A stretch of DNA of 24,000 nucleotides from contig PRDJ01000063.1 in assembly GCA_003345555.1 (NCBI GenBank), positions 967 to 24,966 on the forward strand, written 5' to 3'. Below, piece after piece: positions 1 to 7,014 of the stretch. A program made the translations under genes and the position numbers. The DNA comes from Candidatus Thorarchaeota archaeon (lineage in GTDB: Archaea > Asgardarchaeota > Thorarchaeia > Thorarchaeales > Thorarchaeaceae). Positions within the stretch are counted from its first letter, which is position 1. Every line of letters starts with the position of its first letter. The notes beneath the pieces were generated by a model. That model was not told where the DNA came from. It worked only from the letters and a program-made list of their open reading frames with translations, and did not search any database.

Positions 1-229
1 AGACACCTCGGACACACGTAGATTGCTCTGGTTTTAAGCATTTGGAGCAGATTCCTCTCCAAATCGACCTTCGTTCTGCTATGAGTCGACCAAGTAATCA
101 AATCATACCGACCCCTATTGATGTCGGGATGACAGAATCACAATTCAAGAAGCCAAGCTCGGAACTGTGAGCACATACCAATTCAGCATTGAGAATGATT
201 GGCGTCAACTGTTTTCATCGTCGGCAATC

Positions 230-237
230 TTTATCAA
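230..237 (+). promoter_or_regulatory. TATA-like element (TTTATCAA) upstream of the mbf1 locus
   Basis: This is the only A/T-rich box in the upstream region. Its centre lies about 27 nt upstream of ATG 261, which fits the archaeal TATA-to-TSS spacing for a leaderless or short-leader mRNA. Spacing argument only. Confidence 0.3.
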
Positions 238-303
238 GTCAGAAGACCGTCTTGTCCAAAATGAGGGATTGCTCTGCCAAGCTGCGAACTGTGTGGTCGA
301 GAC

Positions 304-864
304 ATGAAGGGACCCGGCCGGAGTGTTATGATTGAAGGGGTCTCAATGGTTCTTTGCCCTCAATGTGCAGAACGCTTCGGAGACAGGACTGAGAGTCTAG
401 CAAAGAGCGGAAGATCCAGCAACACGACTGTTCGACCCTCTTGGCTGCCCACTGAAGAACGAAAGGCACCTACAACTCCCGCAAAGACTAGTGCCGCACG
501 CAAACCACCCGTGTTCGTGCCCTCAAAGCCCAAGCCGCCACCGAAGCGCGCAGCAACTTTAGATGAAATGATACTTGTAGAAGACTATGCAGTCGTAATA
601 CGTACGGCGAGACAAAAGGCAAAGATATCACAAGAGCAGCTTGCGCAGAAAGTTGGAGAACGCATATCAACACTCCAAGCCATAGAAGCTGGTCGTCTGA
701 AGCCTGTTGAGAAGGTCGTCAGGGGCTTGGAACGCGAGCTTGGCATTTCTCTCTTAGAACCCATTGGTACTGCGCCAATACTGCATGATCAGGATAGGGC
801 TCAGGATGGCGCAACGCTAGGCGACGTCGTGAAGGTCAAACGTAAGAAATCACAGAAGACATGA
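304..864 (+). CDS. mbf1: archaeal multiprotein bridging factor 1 (aMBF1): zinc ribbon plus Cro/XRE-type HTH
   Basis: The C-terminal ISQEQLAQKVGERISTLQAIEAGRLKP is a typical MBF1 HTH. CPQCAERFG is the second half of a zinc ribbon. The first CxxC (SCELCG, nt 280-297) is in frame but upstream of the first ATG, so the true start is probably upstream of 304 (see finding). A long Pro/Lys-rich linker joins the two domains. Confidence 0.85.
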   Translation: MKGPGRSVMIEGVSMVLCPQCAERFGDRTESLAKSGRSSNTTVRPSWLPTEERKAPTTPAKTSAARKPPVFVPSKPKPPPKRAATLDEMILVEDYAVVIRTARQKAKISQEQLAQKVGERISTLQAIEAGRLKPVEKVVRGLERELGISLLEPIGTAPILHDQDRAQDGATLGDVVKVKRKKSQKT

Positions 865-972
865 AAGCCCTTGAATGATGCAACGGCTGGTTTCACTCAG
901 CATCGACAATGATATTCATCTGAGTTTGGCACAAGAACCGGCACGCAGGCAGCAGCAACTTCAACACGAAGC

Positions 973-988
973 TAATATATAGTATATG
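973..988 (+). promoter_or_regulatory. A/T-rich TATA-like stretch (TAATATATAGTATATG) upstream of tfe
   Basis: This is the strongest A/T-rich element in the mbf1-tfe intergenic region. It would give a 5' UTR of roughly 55-75 nt. Not verified. Confidence 0.3.
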
Positions 989-1069
989 TACCATAGTAGT
1001 ATTGTACAAGGCTATTCGTGAGTAGTTTGAGTACTTCGAGTACTTCATTCAACCCGCTGATTCCTGCGT

Positions 1070-1609
1070 ATGGTGACGGCTTCGATGACACAATCAATCA
1101 ATCATGACCTGTTTCGCCTTGTGGTTGAAGAGATTGCAGGTAAGGAGGGGGTAGACGTAGCCACGGTTCTTGTGAACGCAGACGAGACTACAGATGAAGA
1201 AATAGCCACTAAGACGGACTTGAAACTCAACGTCGTGCGCAGGATTCTCTACAAACTTCATGACAATCACCTAGCTTCGTATCGAAGGATTCGTGACACA
1301 AATACAGGCTGGTTCCTATACTATTGGCGTATAGATCCAAAGAAGGCGCAGGCATTAGTTAACCACAAGAAGAGGCTCGTTCTAAGTCTCCTTGAGCAGA
1401 GACTGGAACACGAGGCAAACAACGATCTCTACGCATGCGTGAATCGTGATTCTTCTCCGGTCCCATTCGAGGAGGCCATGAATCTCTCTTTTCGATGTCC
1501 AGCGTGCAATCAACAGCTTGAGTATGTGGATAATGCAAGAGCAATTAGCTTCCTACGGAAGCGCGTGGAGGAGCTGAAGGCCGATCTCGAAGCCAGTACT
1601 TCAACATAG
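1070..1609 (+). CDS. tfe: transcription factor E (TFE, TFIIE-alpha homologue)
   Basis: The winged-helix segment TDEEIATKTDLKLNVVRRILYKLHDNHLASYRRIRDTNTGWFLYYWRID and the C-terminal ribbon FRCPACNQQLEY fit TFE. The first Cys pair of the ribbon is reduced to one Cys (YACVNRD). An alternative start exists at ATG 1085. Confidence 0.85.
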   Translation: MVTASMTQSINHDLFRLVVEEIAGKEGVDVATVLVNADETTDEEIATKTDLKLNVVRRILYKLHDNHLASYRRIRDTNTGWFLYYWRIDPKKAQALVNHKKRLVLSLLEQRLEHEANNDLYACVNRDSSPVPFEEAMNLSFRCPACNQQLEYVDNARAISFLRKRVEELKADLEASTST

Positions 1610-1701
1610 AATCTAAATCATTAACAAGCCTATTTGCTAAGGAGCTTCTCGTAACCACCTGTCTATCTCTATTACAAACGCACACGCGCGGAGGCAACTC
1701 A

Positions 1702-2475
1702 TTGACACAAGTGACCCTGCCTGTCAGAGTGTACGGCCCGTACAAAGAGAGACTAGTGGATTTGCTATCTGCGGAAATCTCCGCCTTGGCGATGAATCTG
1801 AGTATCAACATCAAACGACTAGATAGAGACGAGACCGGCCTAGTCTCCGTGGAATTCGCTGGGGAGGACGAAGAGTTTCTTGCCAACGTCTTGGTGAAGG
1901 AATACGGCACTGTTCCGAAGCTACAGGACTTGGCCATTGGGACTCCTTATCGAGGCTGGCTCGTTGATGTAGGCAAAGTTGGCTACGGCATATATGTGGA
2001 CTTGGGCATACGTCGACCTCAGAAAGTGGATAGCCTTGTTCCGCTCTTTCGTATTCGCTCACAGTTCAAGGTGCAGAAGAAACCTGCTAGGGCAATTGCA
2101 GACGCATATCTTCTCGTGGACAACTTGCCCGTCACCGTACAAGTAGTAAGATTCGACATCACCGCACTTACGATCGAGGCGGAATTCTGTGAACCATTTC
2201 TGCAACGCATTGATAAATGGCTATCCGATGACCACGAGCGTCTCATTGTATTGGGTTCTAGCAGAGACATGATTGATCAAGGCCTGTCGAGATCCAAACA
2301 CACACAAGACATTTTCGCAGTTGAACAACTTGGCCGGTTTGAATACTGCCTTGTCTGCAAACGATCAACGCGCGCATCGGGTATAGTTGCAGCCATTGGC
2401 CCCTACTTGAGAGGGGTTCCCATGCACCTGTTCATTCCGCGAGAGGTTCGGGGGAAAGTTCATGCCGAGACTTGA
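1702..2475 (+). CDS. conserved-looking archaeal protein of unknown function with an S1/OB-like segment (possibly DUF2110-like)
   Basis: A 257-aa ORF with a TTG start. GWLVDVGKVGYGIYVDLGI resembles the S1-domain signature. It lies directly after tfe and overlaps the next gene by 14 nt. The DUF2110 assignment is from memory and unverified. Confidence 0.6.
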   Translation: MTQVTLPVRVYGPYKERLVDLLSAEISALAMNLSINIKRLDRDETGLVSVEFAGEDEEFLANVLVKEYGTVPKLQDLAIGTPYRGWLVDVGKVGYGIYVDLGIRRPQKVDSLVPLFRIRSQFKVQKKPARAIADAYLLVDNLPVTVQVVRFDITALTIEAEFCEPFLQRIDKWLSDDHERLIVLGSSRDMIDQGLSRSKHTQDIFAVEQLGRFEYCLVCKRSTRASGIVAAIGPYLRGVPMHLFIPREVRGKVHAET

Positions 2476-3136
2476 TGTGTGGCTCGTTGAGACGGGGCGA
2501 TTTCGGTCTAGGCAGACCGCGAAGAGAGCTATTCGCGATGGGCTCATTACAGTCAATGGAAGGTTGGCAAAGCCTTCTACTCAACTGAACGGCACGGAGT
2601 CGATTATCATTTCCGGCGCCTCAGACCTTCTGATGGGATATGACAAGCTGAGTCATCTAGATAGTCTCCTAGGAGGCAATGTGGTCAAGAGTGGTGACAT
2701 GGTACTCGACCTCGGGAGCTCGGCAGGGGGTTTCCTCGAGTACATACTGGAGAAAGGCGCTATAGCAAAGGGAATTGAGATATCTGAGCGATTCAAAGAC
2801 GGTCTTCTGCAGCTCGCCAGTACCCACCCGAACGTTTCCATAGTTATCGGAGATGCTTTCAAGATCGAACCTCTGACGCTGTTCAATGAGAGCGAGCTGG
2901 ATTTGCTCTTGGTCGACGTCACAACTGACCCTGAGGGAACGGCAGCTTTGATTGCGAAGTATTCGGAGCTATTAAAGCACGGGGGCCGTCTAATCGCGGC
3001 TTTCAAGTCAAGACTGACGCCTTCCATAGCTACTGTTCTGACGGACCGGGTTTCTGCGTTAGGGTACACTGATGTAAGCGCCATAACTCTCGATGACTCT
3101 CGTCAAGAGTTTCACGTTGCAGGAGTACGCCTGTGA
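2462..3136 (+). CDS. S4-domain SAM-dependent RNA methyltransferase (TlyA/FtsJ-like)
   Basis: The N-terminal S4-like segment is RLDVWLVETGRFRSRQTAKRAIRDGLITVNG. SAM-binding motif I is VLDLGSSAGGF, and the later LLLVDV acidic motif is typical of FtsJ/TlyA 2'-O-methyltransferases. Confidence 0.75.
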   Translation: MPRLDVWLVETGRFRSRQTAKRAIRDGLITVNGRLAKPSTQLNGTESIIISGASDLLMGYDKLSHLDSLLGGNVVKSGDMVLDLGSSAGGFLEYILEKGAIAKGIEISERFKDGLLQLASTHPNVSIVIGDAFKIEPLTLFNESELDLLLVDVTTDPEGTAALIAKYSELLKHGGRLIAAFKSRLTPSIATVLTDRVSALGYTDVSAITLDDSRQEFHVAGVRL

Positions 3137-3191
3137 ATGCTATCAAGTAGCAATGAGAGCGACGATTCTCAGAGATTGTCTTCTCACAACG

Positions 3192-3199
3192 TTTTTAAT
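3192..3199 (+). promoter_or_regulatory. TATA-like box (TTTTTAAT) for tRNA-Val
   Basis: Its centre is about 29 nt upstream of the tRNA 5' end (3225), consistent with a very short leader. Confidence 0.4.
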
Positions 3200-3224
3200 C
3201 ACAATCCCGCGAGGACTGCCTTAC

Positions 3225-3338
3225 GGGGCGGTAGTCTAGCCCGGCCATGATGACTCGCTTACACCGAGTAAGCGGTGACTCGTTAATAGTAAGTCATCGC
3301 CTCGAGGGTCACGAGTTCAAGTCTCGTCCGCCCCACCA
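3225..3338 (+). tRNA. tRNA-Val(UAC) with a 36-nt non-canonical intron (about 3271-3306, position 44/45) and encoded CCA
   Basis: The acceptor stem is GGGGCGG/CCGCCCC with A73 and CCA. The D-arm is GTCT..TGAT. The anticodon arm is ACTCG-CTTACAC-CGAGT (anticodon 3260-3262) and the T-arm is ACGAG-TTCAAGT-CTCGT. A 41-nt stretch lies between the anticodon stem and the T-stem. It contains a 9-bp hairpin (3272-3280/3292-3300) flanked by a bulge-4bp-bulge motif. Confidence 0.8.
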
Positions 3339-3419
3339 TGAACACACAATATCTCTCTTCTTTACCCTAAGATTATAACAGGGTTTCTTTCAGTCATTGA
3401 ATGGCCACCAATCTACAGT

Positions 3420-3538
3420 GCGGGAGTTGCCAAGTCTGGTCAAAGGCGGCGGACTTAAGATCACGAAATCACGGGGTCATCCGATAGGACATCCGCCCTC
3501 GTAGGAGTTCGTGGGTTCGAACCCCACCTCCCGCACCA
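3420..3538 (+). tRNA. tRNA-Leu(UAA) with a 31-nt canonical (37/38) intron at about 3460-3490 and encoded CCA
   Basis: The acceptor stem is GCGGGAG/CTCCCGC with A73 and CCA. The anticodon stem is GCGGA/TCCGC with loop CTTAAG|intron|A (anticodon 3456-3458). The long variable arm is CCTCGTAGGAGTTC and the T-arm is GTGGG-TTCGAAC-CCCAC. Confidence 0.9.
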
Positions 3539-3610
3539 TTATCATTCTGGCTGATCCTGGCCGGATAGAGTTATCATTACGTTGTGTCGCGAGTACCTGT
3601 CGTGACATCG

Positions 3611-4930
3611 ATGGGATACAAGACTCTCAAGTTTCCAAAGGGGTTTCTCTGGGGTTCTGCGGCTTCAGCTCATCAGACCGAAGGCGGCAATCACAACGAT
3701 TGGACAGAATGGGAAAGAATACCGGGCAAGATCAAGGATGGCACCAATTCAAGTGTGGCTTGCGACCATTATCATCGTTACGAAGAGGATTTCGATTTAG
3801 CAAAAGAGCTAGGCCATCAAGTCCACCGCTTTTCCGTTGAATGGAGCAGGATAGAACCGGACCGAGGGAAGTGGGATGAACGCGAGGTCGACCACTATCG
3901 TGCAGTGACAAAGACACTTGTACAACGTGGCATCCAACCAATGGTAACCCTTCACCATTTCACTAATCCCATCTGGTTTCGTGATGCTGGCGCTTGGCTC
4001 AATCCGAAAAGCCCTGACATGTTCGCTCCATATTGTCGCAAAATTGCCAAGGCGCTATCAGAATACGATGTAATATGGAACATCATAAATGAGCCCATGA
4101 ATGTCGTAGGAGGAGGCTATCTATTGGGAGAATTTCCTCCGGGTGAACACGACTATGGTAAGGCGCTTGTTGCAGCCAAGCATCTGCTAATGGCTCATGG
4201 ACTGGCTGCCAAGGGTATTCGTGAGACCTATGATGACCTAGGTCTGCACCAGCCTCAGATTGCTCCCGTTCAAGTCGTAACATACATTGAACCATATGAT
4301 CGGAGTAACGGTAGTGATGTTGAATTGGCTGAGTACGTGGACTCTCTTTACAATCAGATGTGGCTCCAAGGCGTTATGACAGCATCTATCCCCGAACCAG
4401 CAGGTGACGGCAGTCAGTACGAACCCCTAGAGAACTCTGCTGACTTCATTGGCGTAAACTACTACAGTCGCATGCGCGTTTCATCCAAGCTGGATTTCAT
4501 GGCCGGAGAAATGCCGCCCAAAGATGACAGTCTGGAGAGATGTGAAGGACTCGATTGGGAGGTCTACCCGCAAGGTTACTATCCGGTAATCAAGTCGTAC
4601 TGGGATAGGTGGCGAAAACCGCTTTTCATGACCGAGAATGGTATAGGAACTCTTGACGACCGGCTCCGATGCAGGTATATCCTAACCCATCTCCAACAAG
4701 TGCATCGGGCAATCCAAGACGGAGTAGACATTCGAGGCTACCTAGTGTGGAGTCTAACTGATAACTTTGAATGGACTGACGGACTGAGTAGTCACTTCGG
4801 CCTGATTGGAATGGACTACTCAACTCTAAAACGCACACCAAGAGAAAGCGCCTACATGTATCGTGAGATCATCCAGAAGAACGGAATAAGCGGGTCTCTA
4901 CAACAGAAGTACCTAGGCCGACATTCATAA
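3611..4930 (+). CDS. glycoside hydrolase family 1 beta-glucosidase/beta-galactosidase
   Basis: It has the N-terminal FPKGFLWGSAASAHQTEGG, the acid/base motif IINEP and the nucleophile motif FMTENG. The ORF track starts at GTG 3584. I prefer ATG 3611 (MGYKTLKFPKGF), given the usual GH1 N-terminus and the TTATCATT box at 3571-3578. Confidence 0.9.
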   Translation: MGYKTLKFPKGFLWGSAASAHQTEGGNHNDWTEWERIPGKIKDGTNSSVACDHYHRYEEDFDLAKELGHQVHRFSVEWSRIEPDRGKWDEREVDHYRAVTKTLVQRGIQPMVTLHHFTNPIWFRDAGAWLNPKSPDMFAPYCRKIAKALSEYDVIWNIINEPMNVVGGGYLLGEFPPGEHDYGKALVAAKHLLMAHGLAAKGIRETYDDLGLHQPQIAPVQVVTYIEPYDRSNGSDVELAEYVDSLYNQMWLQGVMTASIPEPAGDGSQYEPLENSADFIGVNYYSRMRVSSKLDFMAGEMPPKDDSLERCEGLDWEVYPQGYYPVIKSYWDRWRKPLFMTENGIGTLDDRLRCRYILTHLQQVHRAIQDGVDIRGYLVWSLTDNFEWTDGLSSHFGLIGMDYSTLKRTPRESAYMYREIIQKNGISGSLQQKYLGRHS

Positions 4931-4985
4931 GGCCGCCCATTCGGCAGTTCACTCCGTCATTCTCCTATGTGTGGAATCCACAAAC

Positions 4986-5549
4986 ATGCTAATTGAAGCA
5001 CTGATATCTTCTATGGGTGTTGTTTTTCTGGCCGAGCTTGGTGACAAGACCATGCTTGCGACCATTTGCTTTAGTGCACAGTGCAGGAAACCATTACTGG
5101 TTCTCGTTGCTTCAATGCTGGCATTGACATGTGCCACTGTGTTAGCAGTCGTCGCTGGAACAGTTCTAGCGGCCGCTTTACCATTGCAGCTGATAATCTA
5201 TCTGTCTGCTATTATCTTCCTCAGCATGAGTGTCTATACACTTGTCGAAATCGACAGTGGAACTGGAGATACGAACAAGATCACAGGCACGTTCCTTAGC
5301 ATGGCATCGCTGGTCTTTGTTTCGGAGTTAGGAGACAAGACTCAGCTTGCTTGCCTGGCACTTGCGGCAGAGAGTCCTTATCCCGTTGCTATATTCATAG
5401 GAGCCATTGCTGGATTCTTTGCTGCAAATAGTATAGCCGCAGTTGCTGGGCACAGGCTCGCAGGTTCCATTCCAATCCGCGTGATTAGAGGTGCAACTGC
5501 TACAGTCTTCATCATCATAGGCACTCTTGTTCTGCTGGGTGTCTTGTAG
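4986..5549 (+). CDS. UPF0016 / GDT1-TMEM165 family cation (Ca2+/Mn2+) transporter
   Basis: Two copies of the family signature E-x-G-D-K-T are present (AELGDKTMLAT and SELGDKTQLAC), within a polytopic hydrophobic protein. The ORF track start is GTG 4971, and ATG 4986 gives the typical N-terminal length. Confidence 0.85.
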   Translation: MLIEALISSMGVVFLAELGDKTMLATICFSAQCRKPLLVLVASMLALTCATVLAVVAGTVLAAALPLQLIIYLSAIIFLSMSVYTLVEIDSGTGDTNKITGTFLSMASLVFVSELGDKTQLACLALAAESPYPVAIFIGAIAGFFAANSIAAVAGHRLAGSIPIRVIRGATATVFIIIGTLVLLGVL

Positions 5550-5661
5550 GTGAATAGCTTCCCTCCAGACGTATTTCAGGCAATCATGAAGTGACGACTC
5601 AAGAGCGAAGGTTTATGACTGCCGCAGAAGCTCAAGCGTCAAGAATGAAGGTGAGGCAGCA

Positions 5662-7014
5662 TTGAGCCTGCAGGATTCCGGATATAGAGGTCTAGTTCTT
5701 AGAAAACTCGAAGAAGCCAACGCTCAGCTCGGAGACAGAATCAGGATTTCACTGAAAGATGGGGAAGTGACCGGCATACTCATGCCTCGTGCTCAAATCG
5801 GAGCCGACCCGGACCATGCGGTAATCAAGATGGACAATGGGTATAACATTGGAGTTCGCATTGACGCTCAGGTAACGGTTAGCTTGGTTCAGAAAGCCGG
5901 GGCAGGAAAGCGTCCAAGTTCAAGGGCCACCGCTGTTGAGACGCCAGGCCTTCCAAGCGTGGCTATATTGAGTACCGGGGGGACCATCGCAAGTAGAGTT
6001 GACTACCGGACTGGTGCTGTTAATCCGGCACTCACTGCAGAGGACTTGTATGACACAGTCCCGGAACTGAAAGAGCACGCCAACGTTCGTGCCAAAGTAA
6101 TCATGAGCGTCCTTTCTGAGAACATTCATCCTAAAGACTGGACAACAATCGCAGGGGCTGTAGCCTTAGAAATCAGGCGAGGTGCTGATGGAGTAGTGAT
6201 ACCACACGGCACAGATACGCTTGGAGTGACCTCCGCAGCTATGGCATTCGCACTCCAGGAATTGCCCGTACCCGTAGTATTGGTGGGTTCTCAAAGGTCA
6301 TCTGACAGGCCTTCGTCTGACGCGGCATTGAACCTCATAGGCGCAACAGAGATTGCATGTAAGGCTAATGCGGCTGAAGTCATGCTAGCTATGCACGGGG
6401 AACCTAGTGATAGCTTCATTCTTGCCCACAGGGGAACGCGTGTCCGCAAGTGTCATACAAGCAGACGAGACGCTTTTCAATCAGTGAACTGCTCCCCTAT
6501 CTTTAGGTATGATTCTGCGGGAATCACAGAGATCTCATCTCCAATCAGTCGTCGTGACACCACGAGGAAAATTCGTCTGAAGCCCGACTTTGACGACAAA
6601 GTCGTGCTCATCAAGACCTATCCGGGCATTAGTGAAGGCATGATAGACATGATCGTTGATGCCAAATACCGAGGATTGGTAATAGAGGGCACAGGCCTTG
6701 GTCATGCACCCGAACGAATTCATTCGTCCATAAGAAGGGCAATTGATGCTGGCGTCATTGTGGCCATGACGAGCCAATGCATCTGGGGGAGAGTTAACAT
6801 GAACGTGTATCGTCCGGGTGTTGAACTGCTACAGATGGGTGTAATACCCTGCGAAGACATGCTACCTGAAACAGCACTAGTCAAACTGATGTGGCTTCTG
6901 GCGAACAAGAAGGAAACCGATGAAGTTAGGACCGCGATGACCCAGAGCATTGTTGGAGAGATTGGAACCAGGACCGAGTTATCCGCAGGGGCTGGCCGTA
7001 AGGAGGGCGAATGA
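5662..7014 (+). CDS. gatD: Glu-tRNA(Gln) amidotransferase subunit D
   Basis: The N-terminal GatD-specific domain is present (IKMDNGYNIGVRI). The asparaginase-type motifs ILSTGGTIAS and HGTDT follow. TTG start. It is followed directly by gatE. Confidence 0.9.
   Translation: MSLQDSGYRGLVLRKLEEANAQLGDRIRISLKDGEVTGILMPRAQIGADPDHAVIKMDNGYNIGVRIDAQVTVSLVQKAGAGKRPSSRATAVETPGLPSVAILSTGGTIASRVDYRTGAVNPALTAEDLYDTVPELKEHANVRAKVIMSVLSENIHPKDWTTIAGAVALEIRRGADGVVIPHGTDTLGVTSAAMAFALQELPVPVVLVGSQRSSDRPSSDAALNLIGATEIACKANAAEVMLAMHGEPSDSFILAHRGTRVRKCHTSRRDAFQSVNCSPIFRYDSAGITEISSPISRRDTTRKIRLKPDFDDKVVLIKTYPGISEGMIDMIVDAKYRGLVIEGTGLGHAPERIHSSIRRAIDAGVIVAMTSQCIWGRVNMNVYRPGVELLQMGVIPCEDMLPETALVKLMWLLANKKETDEVRTAMTQSIVGEIGTRTELSAGAGRKEGE

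Noticed and set aside
3-170. An open reading frame (frame 3) running in from the left edge to TGA 168-170. It could be the 3' end of an upstream gene.
   Set aside because: Only 55 codons are visible, with no recognisable motif and no start. The support is too weak to call as a feature.
875-923. A possible box C/D sRNA downstream of mbf1, with a box C-like ATGATGC (875-881), a C'-like ATGATAT (909-915) and CTGA (920-923).
   Set aside because: Box C is imperfect. The C'-to-D spacing is only 4 nt, which leaves no room for a 10-12 nt guide. The D' box is degenerate (CTCA) and there is no terminal stem.
3246-3252. ATGATGA (a perfect box C sequence) inside tRNA-Val.
   Set aside because: It lies in the D-loop/D-stem exon sequence rather than the intron. 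There is no matching CUGA at guide distance, so it is coincidental.
3511-3840. A 109-aa ORF (MGSNPTSRT...).
   Set aside because: It starts inside the T-arm of tRNA-Leu (GSNP is the classic translation of GGTTCGAA-type T-arms). It then runs out of frame through the GH1 gene.
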